A stretch of DNA of 64,000 bases. It comes from an uncultured virus (IMG/VR IMGVR_UViG_3300021426_000069) (taxonomy: Duplodnaviria > Heunggongvirae > Uroviricota > Caudoviricetes). The stretch lies in IMG/VR virus record IMGVR_UViG_3300021426_000069. One strand, 5' to 3'. Positions within the stretch are counted from its first letter, which is position 1, and the number at the start of each line of letters is the position of its first letter. The position numbers and the translations under genes were made by a program. The notes below the pieces were generated by a model. It saw only the letters and a list, made by a program, of their open reading frames with translations. It made no database searches and was not told the DNA's origin. Shown piece after piece: positions 18,293-29,156 of this stretch.

Positions 18293-19372
18293 TTAGATTT
18301 CCTCACTTTCATTGATAACTCCATTTGTTAATTGATAAGTACCAGTTTCAGTCATTATTTCATAAACTTTAACAGGCTCTAGTAAATTAACAGTTTCATG
18401 AGCTAATACAGTGAAAGTGGAACCATCGCTTCTCATAACCTCTAAATCTTTAACTAAACCAAAACAACGTACAACGCCATGATTTGTTCTAATTTTATGA
18501 CTTGCTGTTGCTAAGAAATTATCTTTATTCTTAAAAACTGTTCTATATAAAGTCTTTGTCTCATGTGAATAAATTTTTGTAACTAAAACAGGTTTATTTT
18601 CTGCATCAAGCACAGCATCACCAATGCGGATATCTTTTATTGGCTTGTCTCCTGTTATAGTTTTAATTGCGGTATCCCCTGTTAAACAAGCAGTTCCGCC
18701 TCCGCCATCTACATTGATGCTAAGACTATAACTAAGATCGCCACTCAAATGTCTTACAGGTGGATATATTCCTTCTGCTTCGAAATAATAAGTTACTCCA
18801 TTTTCAACATCAGCAACATTTATCTGAGCATAGTCTTCTAAACTTGTTCTTGAATCTCTTCCTTCAACAGTAGCATATATTGCTACCGCTTGAGTTGAAC
18901 CACTTTCTTTTGTAAAATATGGAATTAATCCCATATCACATCCATATTGAGGTACTTTCTTTTCAGAACTATCCCATTGAGTTGGTAATAAAATATTAAA
19001 ACTTTGTTGTTGAGTATGGTCACTTGGATTTTGCATTACACAAGTAAGTGATTCAAAACTAATACTTGAGTCTACCGCTCCAGTACAACTTACATTGATA
19101 GTTTTCATCATCCAATCTGGGCACACTAAATATAGTCTGCCACTAACATAAGAAGAAGGAGCCTCTGTAACAATAGTCCAAGATGTAGGAGTTTGATAAT
19201 AACCACTATCTACATATGGGACTGTTCTATTATCTACATAATTTTTAACTGCGGCAGATGTAGGTGCATTCTCTGAAGTCCCAGATACAGTTGTATCATA
19301 GTCAGGCATTGCCGCATAGCCTGCCATATAAAATTGTTCCCATTGACCTGTTGTTTTATTTTTTATTTTCAT
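18293..19372 (-). CDS. Fibre-associated protein with C-terminal Hint domain
   Basis: Start 19372; GGGGTA-CLTGDTAIKT..KPIKDIRIGDAV, ATASHKI, VYEIMTE..YQLTNGV. Confidence 0.8.
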   Translation of the reverse strand: MKIKNKTTGQWEQFYMAGYAAMPDYDTTVSGTSENAPTSAAVKNYVDNRTVPYVDSGYYQTPTSWTIVTEAPSSYVSGRLYLVCPDWMMKTINVSCTGAVDSSISFESLTCVMQNPSDHTQQQSFNILLPTQWDSSEKKVPQYGCDMGLIPYFTKESGSTQAVAIYATVEGRDSRTSLEDYAQINVADVENGVTYYFEAEGIYPPVRHLSGDLSYSLSINVDGGGGTACLTGDTAIKTITGDKPIKDIRIGDAVLDAENKPVLVTKIYSHETKTLYRTVFKNKDNFLATASHKIRTNHGVVRCFGLVKDLEVMRSDGSTFTVLAHETVNLLEPVKVYEIMTETGTYQLTNGVINESEEI

Positions 19373-19386
19373 TTTCTTTTTCCTCC

Positions 19387-20352
19387 TTATGCTGTTCTCT
19401 TCCATACATATACTACATATGCATTTGGTTGAACTGTATTTGATTTTCCATAAATGGCTCTATCTCTACTAGCATCTAACGCAATTAATGTACCTGAAGC
19501 CGAACCATCTCCAATATAATTCGCATTACCAGCATTATATAAAGCTCCTGCAAAAGCGTTGTTATTATCTGCATAATGTCCAGTACCTGTTATGTTTGGT
19601 AATCCAGCAGCATAATTAGTATCAGCTGTATATGTATTTGAAAAAGTTTGACTAGTTCCTCTAACATTATAAGTTGTTGAGCAAGTTCCTTCACCAAATA
19701 TTGCACGCCCTTGAGATACTTGGATCCAAGTTCCTCCTAAATAAGTGCTAGGATTATCTCCTGTGATATTTAATTCTATACTTCCAATAGGGTGAGCTGC
19801 CAATAATGCATTTGAAACGGCTTGAGATACCATGGATTCAACATCATTTTGATGAACAAAACTTCCACTATCTAAATAATTTCGAACTGCCGCAACTGAA
19901 GGCGCATTATTATAATCGTATGTATTTAAACTATTTAAAACATTTCCTTTTAAAACTGCGGTTGCACTTGTCTTCGTTAAATAGGTTGTACTAGTATCTT
20001 CGTCGGTAGTCATTGTAAAATTATAATAAACATATTTATTTTCAGTTGAATCTCCTTCATAACAAGTTAATTTAACTCCTTTTAAATTGTTTAAATTTTT
20101 AAAAGTTCTCTCTATATAAGGAACTTCTGTATAAGGATAAGTTCCAACTCCTTCATGAACATTCCATTTAAAATATGCCCAACTTTCATTATCTTCACTA
20201 TCTATATCATAAATAGAACCAATATTATAATTACTTTCTATTTTAATTGTTATTTGAGTTAACTCTCCTTTTGAATTGTATTTATAATCTTTTAAATATG
20301 TTTGCAACGTCCATGCATCAGATGTTGCAAATTTTTGTATATTCATTTTCAT
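19387..20352 (-). CDS. Fibre protein: MKMNIQKFA leader and gp10C-like tip
   Basis: Start 20352; AHPIGSI..NPSTYLGGTW, GLPNITG, TVQPNAYVVYVWKRTA. Confidence 0.7.
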   Translation of the reverse strand: MKMNIQKFATSDAWTLQTYLKDYKYNSKGELTQITIKIESNYNIGSIYDIDSEDNESWAYFKWNVHEGVGTYPYTEVPYIERTFKNLNNLKGVKLTCYEGDSTENKYVYYNFTMTTDEDTSTTYLTKTSATAVLKGNVLNSLNTYDYNNAPSVAAVRNYLDSGSFVHQNDVESMVSQAVSNALLAAHPIGSIELNITGDNPSTYLGGTWIQVSQGRAIFGEGTCSTTYNVRGTSQTFSNTYTADTNYAAGLPNITGTGHYADNNNAFAGALYNAGNANYIGDGSASGTLIALDASRDRAIYGKSNTVQPNAYVVYVWKRTA

Positions 20353-20356
20353 GGTA

Positions 20357-21208
20357 TTAATTCGCACCTCCTGACGAAGAACTTGCTTCTTCTGTTATAG
20401 TTACTCCTCTACCTTTATCTGTTGTTTTTGTGTATTTAATAATAACTGTCAATTGATGATTACTATAATAAGCCTGGGTATGACGTTCTTTTAGAATGCC
20501 ATCTCTAACATAAAATTTAAAATCTTGAAAATTTTGTGGATATCCTTCACCCTCGCTTATATATTGAAAATCTAGTGATATAATATCTTTTATATTGCCA
20601 TTGTAAATGTCATTAAAATGATTTAAGTTACTAGAAGTTGTAAGTTGTAGCACCTTTTGATAAACTGGTTTCCCATCTATCCAAATTCCAACAATTTTTT
20701 CTTTTCCCAATTCAGGGTAGACATTCATATCTGATAATCCATCTACCATTTTTCCAACTCCTTCAAGAGTATAAGGAATGGTAGATTCAGTGTATCCTGC
20801 TGGAGTTTGATCCCATGAATTTTCTTTTATATATTCTATTTTACTTCTTACAGGTAAACTATCATAATCTATGTTTTCTACATTATCAATAGCTTGTTTA
20901 ACTGCGTGAACTGTAGGTGCTTTATCTAAATCTTCATTTTCTAAAGTATCTTTTAAAATAGTTGTTTCCGTACTATTAAAATCACTTGGTTCTATCCAAA
21001 TAGTTGCTTCAGTTCCAGTTGGAGCTGTTTCACTTCTAACAATTTTTTCAACTGAACCATCACTACTTATTTTACCTGCAAGTCCAGCGTTTACCGCATG
21101 AACACTTGCCCCATGAGTAGTTGAATCACTACCAAGTGAATTATCTATTGTAACTGAACCTAAGGTAATTTGATCCCAGTTTCCAGTTGTTTTATTTTTA
21201 ACTTTCAT
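20357..21208 (-). CDS. Tail fibre protein
   Basis: SV/TV-HAV repeats; EKIVGIWIDGKPVYQKV..IIKYTKTTD tip motif; N-terminus shared with the 19372 gene. Confidence 0.6.
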   Translation of the reverse strand: MKVKNKTTGNWDQITLGSVTIDNSLGSDSTTHGASVHAVNAGLAGKISSDGSVEKIVRSETAPTGTEATIWIEPSDFNSTETTILKDTLENEDLDKAPTVHAVKQAIDNVENIDYDSLPVRSKIEYIKENSWDQTPAGYTESTIPYTLEGVGKMVDGLSDMNVYPELGKEKIVGIWIDGKPVYQKVLQLTTSSNLNHFNDIYNGNIKDIISLDFQYISEGEGYPQNFQDFKFYVRDGILKERHTQAYYSNHQLTVIIKYTKTTDKGRGVTITEEASSSSGGAN

Positions 21209-21227
21209 ATCTCCTTATTCCTCCTTT

Positions 21228-22238
21228 TTAACTTCCCCATACAACCTTTTTTACATAAGGATATAAAGGTGAACTTGTATTTAATGCACTTCCCAAAGGA
21301 ATTGACACTCCTGCTCCTCCTATAATAGCTGTTTTATTCCATATTGTTGGAGAAGATGCTCCAAATTTCTTTTTACATATTGCATATTGACCCGATATAA
21401 TTGCAGTTTGAATAGCAAACCAGTACCCATCATTAATTGGGTTATAATTTGAATCATATCCAATAGTATTTGGATAACAAACTGCTTGTAATGTTTCATA
21501 CCATTCATTGTAGTCTCCCCAAGTATGGTCAACCATAAACAAAGCAAACTCTTTACTTTTATCTGGACCGCTTGGATATAATGTATTTATAATACTATCT
21601 GGGAAATTACTAACTAAAACAATTTTATTTTGTAAATCATCTGAACTAGTTAAAGGCTCTAATGTATAAGGTTTTTGTTTAGTTCTATAATTATCAACTT
21701 GTAAATCTAAACCTTGATGAGAACCTCCATAATTTAAAATATGCCCAAAATCATTTGGAAAAGTGAAAGATGTCATTTTTACTTTTTCTGTTGTAGATAA
21801 TATTTGTTTACTTATTATCTCTCCTGTTGAAGTGTTATGAGTAGTTTTTACTCTATTCTCGCATTGATAAATAGGCGTTTGTTCATTTGTAGTTGTATCT
21901 ATAAAATAAATTCCAACAGTAAAAATCGTAATATCCCAACTATAATCTTCTGCTGCGCTTTCTTGATCGTAACTATTAAGTTCTCTAACCATATATTTAC
22001 TATTAGAACCTACTAAATAATCATTGTTAAAAAAACAATCATTATAATCATCTATTACCATTGGTGAAGCAGGCGCTAAAAATTTGACTGTTTGCCCACT
22101 TAATATATCCGAAAAAACGGGCAATCGCCAAGAGTGAAAAGTCCCCAAAATAGTTGATCCTTTGGCCACCTCTAATACTTGACGATTGCCCACTTTCATT
22201 TCTGAATTCTCATTTGTAAAATCTATTCCACCTATCAT
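21228..22238 (-). CDS. Hypothetical fibre-associated protein
   Basis: 336-aa ORF coupled to the upstream gene (TAATG overlap); beta-rich; context. Confidence 0.5.
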   Translation of the reverse strand: MIGGIDFTNENSEMKVGNRQVLEVAKGSTILGTFHSWRLPVFSDILSGQTVKFLAPASPMVIDDYNDCFFNNDYLVGSNSKYMVRELNSYDQESAAEDYSWDITIFTVGIYFIDTTTNEQTPIYQCENRVKTTHNTSTGEIISKQILSTTEKVKMTSFTFPNDFGHILNYGGSHQGLDLQVDNYRTKQKPYTLEPLTSSDDLQNKIVLVSNFPDSIINTLYPSGPDKSKEFALFMVDHTWGDYNEWYETLQAVCYPNTIGYDSNYNPINDGYWFAIQTAIISGQYAICKKKFGASSPTIWNKTAIIGGAGVSIPLGSALNTSSPLYPYVKKVVWGS

Positions 22239-23908
22239 TATAAACTCGCCACCTTTACATATAATGTATCTGGATCTGGAGTGCTTGGATATTCTGTTAC
22301 CATTACTATCTTACTAATATTAGTACTTTCTACCAAATTTTTAGCTTCAATAGTATCTAGTCTAGTATCTAAATTTTGACCTTCAAGGGTGTCTAATCTA
22401 GAATCTAAATTATCACCTTCCAACGCGGAAATGCGTGTATTTAACGCCTTACCTTGTTTTGCACTTAAAGCATCGGTAGCCGAATCTGTTGTTAAATTAT
22501 CTTTAATATTTGTTGAAGTCAAATAATTACTTTCTATTGTTGTAATTTTTCCATTTAAAACTCTACCTTGATTAGCACTTAGTGCATCTGTTGTAGAGGT
22601 GCTTATTAAACTATCTATAACTTCGATAGAAGAACCGCCTCCTCCACCTGAGCCATCTATATCAGAATCTTCAATCCATAAAACAATATCGGTATCAGTT
22701 GGGGCTGTAGAGCTTTGTTCTACACAATGGCTATTAGCAATATCTGATGTTAAAGCTAAAGTACCTGTTGTTGAAGGTAAAGTTAATTTATTCCCGTTAT
22801 GATAGATTCCATCAGATAAATGCAAATCTTTCCATTGATTATTTGAACTTCCTATATGACGATAAGTAGAGCTACTTGAATTAGGATATAAATTTAATGA
22901 AAAAGAATCATTAAAATAAACATTATTTGGAAATGTTGCATTTTTAGCTGTGTCTATTGTATATAAATGTCCAGCTCTTGCCATTTCACTTGGGGTAGCC
23001 CAATTGGTTTGTCCTATTAATCTAAAATCTATAAACTGTGCAGTACAATTAAAATTTGTATTTACACTAGATATAGATAAAGTAAATCTAACATCCGCAA
23101 TTTGACTTGTTTGATTAGAGCCTCCTCCAAATGTATAATTATATGGGATTGAATTCCACCCGCTCCAACCAGTTACATCAAAAGTACCAACAGTGTTCCA
23201 AGTATCAACATTATTATTATAATTTGCTATTGTTCTATTTTCCACCAACACTTTTGCACCAGATGCCCCATTAGTTGAGATATTTAGCAACCATTTTCTA
23301 GCTTGAGTATACAAATGTCCGCTAGTTTGTCCCGCTCCTTTTCTTGTGCTAATTTTAACTCTAACCTTATAATTACCGCAATTCTTATTAGTTAAAGTTC
23401 CATCTGTTGCTTTTACAGTTCCTTTTCCAATAGTCACTCCACTTCCAACAGTAGTGACCATAGCAATTTTTTGACTATCCCCTAATCCATAATCTATCCA
23501 TGTTGCACCACCATCTGTTGTATATTCTGCTTTAATGCATTCTGCAGGTAAAAAAGCAAGTTTATTATGACCAAATTCATCAATACATCCCATATCATTA
23601 GGAGTAATATTTCCAGATAAATTCTTTCCACCCCAACTAATATAAGATTCTTTAATATCTGTTATAGGTATTGTAATATTAGAAGAACCATCAAAACTTG
23701 TTGCGGTTCCTGTTGCACCTGTTCCTATTCCTATGGTTCTTCCAGTTTGTAATTTTGTTGCCGTTCCGGCATTTCCAGATATACTTCCAGTATTTGTTAT
23801 ATAATTACTATCATTAATTAAATCAGAGGTCTTTTTAGGAATTTGTTGTTTAATTTTTCCAGTATAATATTTTAAACCATTTTTATCTAATATTTTTTTG
23901 GTTTCCAT
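22238..23908 (-). CDS. Tail fibre protein
   Basis: PKKTSDLIND, GNAGTATKLQTGRTI..FDGSSNITI, DALSA(N/K)QG repeats, 12-aa repeat LEGxNLDxRLDT. Confidence 0.7.
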   Translation of the reverse strand: METKKILDKNGLKYYTGKIKQQIPKKTSDLINDSNYITNTGSISGNAGTATKLQTGRTIGIGTGATGTATSFDGSSNITIPITDIKESYISWGGKNLSGNITPNDMGCIDEFGHNKLAFLPAECIKAEYTTDGGATWIDYGLGDSQKIAMVTTVGSGVTIGKGTVKATDGTLTNKNCGNYKVRVKISTRKGAGQTSGHLYTQARKWLLNISTNGASGAKVLVENRTIANYNNNVDTWNTVGTFDVTGWSGWNSIPYNYTFGGGSNQTSQIADVRFTLSISSVNTNFNCTAQFIDFRLIGQTNWATPSEMARAGHLYTIDTAKNATFPNNVYFNDSFSLNLYPNSSSSTYRHIGSSNNQWKDLHLSDGIYHNGNKLTLPSTTGTLALTSDIANSHCVEQSSTAPTDTDIVLWIEDSDIDGSGGGGGSSIEVIDSLISTSTTDALSANQGRVLNGKITTIESNYLTSTNIKDNLTTDSATDALSAKQGKALNTRISALEGDNLDSRLDTLEGQNLDTRLDTIEAKNLVESTNISKIVMVTEYPSTPDPDTLYVKVASL

Positions 23909-23926
23909 ATACTATTCCTCCTTTTC

Positions 23927-24922
23927 TTAACTTGCTGTACTTGTAGATATAATTGTATCAATTTCTTGATTTGTTAAAGCTAATAAATTTGTTGTGTTGT
24001 AATAATTAGATAAATCAATTTCTGTAGTTCCGATTTTTTCAAATCTATTTGTTACCCAAATATATTCATCATAAATATTTGATCCTGTTCCTGAATTAGA
24101 AATTAAATAAATAACTCCTTTAGTTCCTGTTGCAGGTAAAGATGTAACTATTTGGAAATCAATTCCTGTAATTCCGCTTATAGCGCTATTAATTGCAGTT
24201 TGAACTTCTGAAGCTGTTTGATATCCTGCCCCATTTGTTAATTGATTATTGTTTGTAGGAACAGTAATATCTACGGCTTTACTTGTAATAGTTTGAGCCT
24301 TACCATTTACTTTAATACTTTCAATTTTATTAACTTGAGCTCCAGCTGCAATTCCACTTAACTTATTCTTTTCAGCTGTTGTATAATTATTATCAGTATG
24401 AACATAATTAGCGTCTACTGCAAAATTGCTATCATTAGTTAAATCACTTGTTTTAGTTGGTACTGTAATATCAACAGCCTTATTAGTGATTGTTTGTTCA
24501 GTTCCATTAACTTTAATTTTATCAATTTTTCCGCCATTAGTATTTACATAAGCTTCAGTTGCAAATTTACTTCCTGTAGTACCATCTCCATCATTTGTTA
24601 AGTCTGATACTTTTGTAGGTAAATCAGTTGTTTTAGCATATCCGCTTAAATCAATATTAACAGCTTTTTCTGCGTCTGGTGTTAATGCAGTTCCATTTAC
24701 TTTTACGGTTTCAATTACGTTAGGTTCTCCACCTTTAGCAATAATTTGATCAACTTTTGTTACAGTTTCATCATAAGTTTGTTTTAATTCGTTTGTTAAA
24801 TCATTTGTAGATAATCCTTTCCCAGTTACTTTATCTACTTTTGTATTTAATCTACCTTTGATTTTTCCATCATAATATAACAAACCATTTTCATCTAAAA
24901 ATTTCTTTGTGCTTGCTGCCAT
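23927..24922 (-). CDS. Tail/head fibre protein
   Basis: KVDKVTGKGLSTND, three IE/DxIKVNG..KAVDI repeats, PTKxSDLTND repeats. Confidence 0.7.
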   Translation of the reverse strand: MAASTKKFLDENGLLYYDGKIKGRLNTKVDKVTGKGLSTNDLTNELKQTYDETVTKVDQIIAKGGEPNVIETVKVNGTALTPDAEKAVNIDLSGYAKTTDLPTKVSDLTNDGDGTTGSKFATEAYVNTNGGKIDKIKVNGTEQTITNKAVDITVPTKTSDLTNDSNFAVDANYVHTDNNYTTAEKNKLSGIAAGAQVNKIESIKVNGKAQTITSKAVDITVPTNNNQLTNGAGYQTASEVQTAINSAISGITGIDFQIVTSLPATGTKGVIYLISNSGTGSNIYDEYIWVTNRFEKIGTTEIDLSNYYNTTNLLALTNQEIDTIISTSTAS

Positions 24923-24934
24923 TTTTTATCTCTC

Positions 24935-25204
24935 CTATCCTAATAAATTTTCAATGTCAAAATTAGACATTGCATCCATTTTATCTTGTAATCCTAAACT
25001 ATCAGAATCTTTATTCCCTAATAACTCAACACTATTAATAGAAGGCTTGTGAGTATTTAGTTCATAATCACTTGCATTATCCCACTCTTCTATTTGAGAT
25101 TCTGCAATAGCTTTAACCCATTCTGGAACATTTGGATCAGTGATGTCGTAAGTTACTCCTTCAACGTTTATTGTTTTAATTTGTTTGTTTTCTTTATTAT
25201 CCAC
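24935..25204 (-). CDS. Small fibre-associated protein
   Basis: KPSINSVELLGNK..LGL motif. Confidence 0.55.
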   Translation of the reverse strand: MDNKENKQIKTINVEGVTYDITDPNVPEWVKAIAESQIEEWDNASDYELNTHKPSINSVELLGNKDSDSLGLQDKMDAMSNFDIENLLG

Positions 25205-25424
25205 GTATCGTCAACTCACTTTCTGAAACAGAGGCTTGAGTTCTAAAATATAGAGTGGTTTTTTCTACGTAAGGAGCAAAAGAAACCAATTCTATAATTT
25301 TTCTTGTTCCAATATTTAATTTTCCAGTTAAGCTTCGTTTTGGTTTTATACCTATTAATAAAGGTTTTTTACTAACTATCTTTCCCTTTCCTACTTTAGA
25401 TAAAATTCTTCCTGTTGTTTCCAT
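25197..25424 (-). CDS. Small basic hypothetical protein
   Basis: Overlaps both neighbours in a translationally coupled arrangement. Confidence 0.5.
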   Translation of the reverse strand: METTGRILSKVGKGKIVSKKPLLIGIKPKRSLTGKLNIGTRKIIELVSFAPYVEKTTLYFRTQASVSESELTIRG

Positions 25425-25783
25425 TAATATTTCTTTCCTGTTGGATATAAAATTAATACTTTAGGTCCATCCGCATCATATCCTAAAGTAACTTCATCAT
25501 TTAAAGTAATTTCATACCAATACTCTTGTTGTATGTTAGTAAAACCTCCAATATCCATATCTTCTGCGGAAATACGAATTTCAACAACATCTGTTCCAGC
25601 CTCAGGAATAAATGTTTCTGATATAATTGGCTCTTTATTATATTGATTTTTCTTATATAAATAAAATCCTATCTCATCATTCTCTGAAAAAATATAAGGT
25701 TCATTTCCATTATAAACTTGATAATCAAATAATAATTCATCGCCACGATTTATACTAATAGTATTATCACTCATTATTTTCAT
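25424..25783 (-). CDS. Baseplate/fibre adaptor (BppU N-terminal-like), paralog of 17136..17486
   Basis: ISINRGD..YWYEITLN..GYDADGPK..LYP; SD AAGGAGG. Confidence 0.55.
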   Translation of the reverse strand: MKIMSDNTISINRGDELLFDYQVYNGNEPYIFSENDEIGFYLYKKNQYNKEPIISETFIPEAGTDVVEIRISAEDMDIGGFTNIQQEYWYEITLNDEVTLGYDADGPKVLILYPTGKKY

Positions 25784-25826
25784 ATTTAGCCTCCTTCTTT
25801 CTCCAACATATTTTTATATATGTTTT

Positions 25827-25875
25827 CTAAAAATATATTAAAAGTTCTTTTAAAATATTAATCTAGTATACCCTA
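25827..25875 (-). promoter_or_regulatory. Repeated putative late-promoter motif, copy 5
   Basis: TAGGGTATA...TTTTAATATATTTTTAG, same spacing. Confidence 0.6.
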
Positions 25876-25889
25876 CATTTATCCAAAAG

Positions 25890-25920
25890 AAAAAAGAGTA
25901 AGGTTATAATTACCTTACTC
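25890..25920 (-). terminator. Intrinsic terminator after endolysin
   Basis: GAGTAAGGT/ACCTTACTC stem plus T-run. Confidence 0.8.
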
Positions 25921-27067
25921 TGAATTTTTGTCCTGGATAAATTAAGTTAGGATTTGAAATGTTATTCCAAGCAACTAATTGTTTTACTGTTGTTCCATAT
26001 CTTGCGGCAATACCACTTAAAGTATCCCCACTTTTTACAATATAATATTCTGCAGATGGTCTGCTTGAACCACCATTTAAAATTCTATTTACAATAGCTT
26101 GAACTTCAGAATAATTATATCCAGCTTGAGCTAATCTATTTCTTCTATCTTCACCATTTCCCCATTGACCATTTATAACTTCTCTAGCTATTTCTTCATT
26201 AGATTTTTTTGGTGCTGGTTTATTTCCGCCATTTAAGATTTCGTTTATTCTTGCTTGAACTTCAGAATAATTATATCCTGCGGCTTGAAGTCTATTTTTT
26301 CTGTCGTCTCCATTTCCCCATTTTCCTTCGATTACTTCTCTTGCTAATTCATCAACAGACTTAGTAGGAACTGGTTGAGGTTGTGGAGTAGGCGTAGGAG
26401 TACCTCCGCCGCATCCATTAAAATTACCACTTCTCATGATATTAGGATAATCTTTATAAGCATAATCTTGGTCGATCACCATACCTGCAACTCTATTGCT
26501 TCTTACTCTATTAGTTTCTCCACCGAATTGCCATATTCCATGTGCTGGTGAACCTGGGTTATGAAAACCCCAGCTTGCTAACCAACAATCAAATCTATTT
26601 GGAATACTAGCATCAATTAAACGATTAAACCAATCACTATTAGCATAAACCCCAACATAGAAACCTTTCTTTTCAAGAGTCTCACAAAATCCTTTAATAC
26701 CTGCGGTAACCGCATCTTTTCCTGCTCCGCTTAAATAATGTCTTTCTCCAGCATCTTCTTCTACATCTAAGTAAATTGGATATTCAAATGATTTTCCTCT
26801 TAAACAATTATTGTACATCCAGTTTGCTTCATCCACACCTTTTTGATAAGTATTTGCGCATGAAAACCAATATGCACCAACTGGGATGCCTAAATTTTTA
26901 CATTGTGAATAAAAATTTTCAAATTGTGTATCTTTTGCTTTGCTAATACCATTTCCATAACCTGTATATCCTGCTCTTAAAATTGCAAAACGCACACCTT
27001 CATTTTTAACAGCTTGTAAATTTAAACCTGCATTGTGTTCGCTAATATCTATTCCAAAAACTGCCAT
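25910..27067 (-). CDS. Endolysin: GH25 muramidase + 2 CW_7 repeats + LysM
   Basis: [21 protein letters not shown]; two LAREVIxGxWGNGxDRxNRL repeats; [28 protein letters not shown]. Confidence 0.95.
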   Translation of the reverse strand: MAVFGIDISEHNAGLNLQAVKNEGVRFAILRAGYTGYGNGISKAKDTQFENFYSQCKNLGIPVGAYWFSCANTYQKGVDEANWMYNNCLRGKSFEYPIYLDVEEDAGERHYLSGAGKDAVTAGIKGFCETLEKKGFYVGVYANSDWFNRLIDASIPNRFDCWLASWGFHNPGSPAHGIWQFGGETNRVRSNRVAGMVIDQDYAYKDYPNIMRSGNFNGCGGGTPTPTPQPQPVPTKSVDELAREVIEGKWGNGDDRKNRLQAAGYNYSEVQARINEILNGGNKPAPKKSNEEIAREVINGQWGNGEDRRNRLAQAGYNYSEVQAIVNRILNGGSSRPSAEYYIVKSGDTLSGIAARYGTTVKQLVAWNNISNPNLIYPGQKFRVR

Positions 27068-27068
27068 A

Positions 27069-29156
27069 TTAATTTCCTCCTTCTAATTCTCCTAAAGCCG
27101 TAACATCTAAAATAAATGGCTTGTCGTTGTTTTCTTGGATTATGTTAGTTTGTTCATTATAACTTAATTTTATTGCTTCTAACTGACTTATTAATGTACT
27201 ATCAGTTATTTGTGTATATATTGGAGTATTATATTGATAATATACTATTACATTATGTGTTCCAATCCATGTTTTAAAATCTTCTATTGTTGTTATATTA
27301 GTATTTAATAAAAACCAACTAACCGATAATGTATTATATATAGAATAAGTACCAATTTGTGTTCTATCAAATATTTCAGGGCTAAAATAATTTGTAAATG
27401 AGTTTCGTGTAAAATAATAATCATTTTTAGTATTACCTGTTATTATATTAGTAAATATATTTTTCATATTATTGTCTCTCAACCAATATCTATAACTATC
27501 TCCACTAGAACTATTTAAAGCCCAATTCTCACTACCATCTAAAACAACCTTACCTATGTTTTTCTTTAAATACCATTGTCCTGTTCCATAAGGCTCGTAT
27601 GGTAGTGCTGTACTTCCTTCGTTAATCATAGCAAATTGATAACCACTATTTGTCCTAAAGGCAATATAACCAGTTATTGGTGCTGTAAATGTTTTGCTTG
27701 TTTGTACTAACCTTAAATTATCATAAGTTGTAGAACCTATTTCTGGTTTAGTTGTGAAAAACCCTACGTTTAATTGACTATCATTAGTAGAAACAGTATA
27801 TGCTTTGTTTTGCTCTATTTTTGCAATATAAATATCATAATCTCCTGTTAGTAATCTTCCATTACTATATACATTAGCATTAGATATTTTTTCTTCAGCT
27901 AAATTCTTCCCTGTACTTTTTGCAATATAGTCTTGATAATCTCCTATTTTACATAACTCCATTGAACCTAGATTTATTGGGTAGGTTGTACTTTGGTATG
28001 GTTCATAGTCGGTTGCTTCAATAACACCTTCAAATATTCCACTTTCTTTTAAGTAAATTTTCTTTGTTCCTGTGCTATCATATGCTATATGAGCTATCTT
28101 ATCTACTGTTTTTCCACTTGTTGTTACATATCTAAATATTCCTGTTCCTAAATCAGGGTTAAGTGAATTTTTAGTTCCATCAGTATATTCTACTCTTAAA
28201 TTACTTCCTGAAGTTGTTAAGTTATATTTCAAAATAATAGTATATTGAGTATTTTCTTTAAAGCCATCAAGTATTGCACTTCCATCACCCATTTTAATAC
28301 TTAATTCTCCTGTTGCACTATCATAAGTAGAAATATTGCTTGAATTGTATGGTGTATCAATAACCTTTTGTGCAAATTCACTAGGATTTAACAAGTTCTT
28401 ATTACATACCTTAATAGTATTATCTCCACTAACTGTATGTATGTCTTGTGGATAGTCTGGATTAGGTGATGGTCCATTCGTATATGGTTCAAAACTTGTA
28501 GCACTACTTCCACTTTCTAACTGCATTTTTAATGTTATATTATAAGAACTTCCTGCAGTTAATCCATATATTATTACTGCATAATCAGTTACAACTTGTG
28601 TTGTTGTTGTAGATGTTGATGTTTGCCCTGCAGTTAATGTCATTGTACCTATTTGTGTACCATTATTATATAAAAACACTCTAGCATTAACTGATAATGC
28701 ACTTTGTAAAGATAATGTATAAATTCCTATTGGCAAATTAGTTTTTTCTCCTGTATCAAGATATGCTAAAGTTTCAGTTGCAGTTCCACTTGCAGTTAAT
28801 GAACCATCTTCATTTACATTTGTTGTAATACCTCTATTTATTGTTTTCTTTATTTTTAATATATTCTTACCTGTTGTACTATCTTGACTTGTATTTCCTT
28901 TTAAGTCTATTTTCATTTTTGCTTTTATTGTATTGTTTAATGTTAGACTTTCTCCTGTTCCATTTACTTTTGGTAGCCAATTATTCCATAATGTATCAGT
29001 ACCATTTGCTAGAAAATCTTTGTATATATCTATTAATTTACTTGAATACACCCTAAAAGGTTCGTTTGATATATTTGCACCACCTAAGTTTAAATTGTCT
29101 TTAATAAGGGTTTTTGTGGTGTTTAAATAGGTCAATTTTTCTGCTACTGTTCCCAT
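27069..29156 (-). CDS. Tail fibre-like protein
   Basis: GKNI/NKNL/GKNL domain starts, [41 protein letters not shown]. Confidence 0.6.
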   Translation of the reverse strand: MGTVAEKLTYLNTTKTLIKDNLNLGGANISNEPFRVYSSKLIDIYKDFLANGTDTLWNNWLPKVNGTGESLTLNNTIKAKMKIDLKGNTSQDSTTGKNILKIKKTINRGITTNVNEDGSLTASGTATETLAYLDTGEKTNLPIGIYTLSLQSALSVNARVFLYNNGTQIGTMTLTAGQTSTSTTTTQVVTDYAVIIYGLTAGSSYNITLKMQLESGSSATSFEPYTNGPSPNPDYPQDIHTVSGDNTIKVCNKNLLNPSEFAQKVIDTPYNSSNISTYDSATGELSIKMGDGSAILDGFKENTQYTIILKYNLTTSGSNLRVEYTDGTKNSLNPDLGTGIFRYVTTSGKTVDKIAHIAYDSTGTKKIYLKESGIFEGVIEATDYEPYQSTTYPINLGSMELCKIGDYQDYIAKSTGKNLAEEKISNANVYSNGRLLTGDYDIYIAKIEQNKAYTVSTNDSQLNVGFFTTKPEIGSTTYDNLRLVQTSKTFTAPITGYIAFRTNSGYQFAMINEGSTALPYEPYGTGQWYLKKNIGKVVLDGSENWALNSSSGDSYRYWLRDNNMKNIFTNIITGNTKNDYYFTRNSFTNYFSPEIFDRTQIGTYSIYNTLSVSWFLLNTNITTIEDFKTWIGTHNVIVYYQYNTPIYTQITDSTLISQLEAIKLSYNEQTNIIQENNDKPFILDVTALGELEGGN

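Noticed and set aside
10959..19405. Listed N-termini MEEGVV, MEEGGL, MEKDC and MEENS as a shared protein motif
   Set aside because: Artefact of the ORF caller starting inside the upstream WKR/WRR codons; the true starts are downstream of the SD.
10356..20352. Diversity-generating retroelement or invertase shufflon acting on the fibre array
   Set aside because: No reverse transcriptase or recombinase in the window, no near-identical TR/VR pair with adenine-specific differences seen, and all cassettes are co-oriented.
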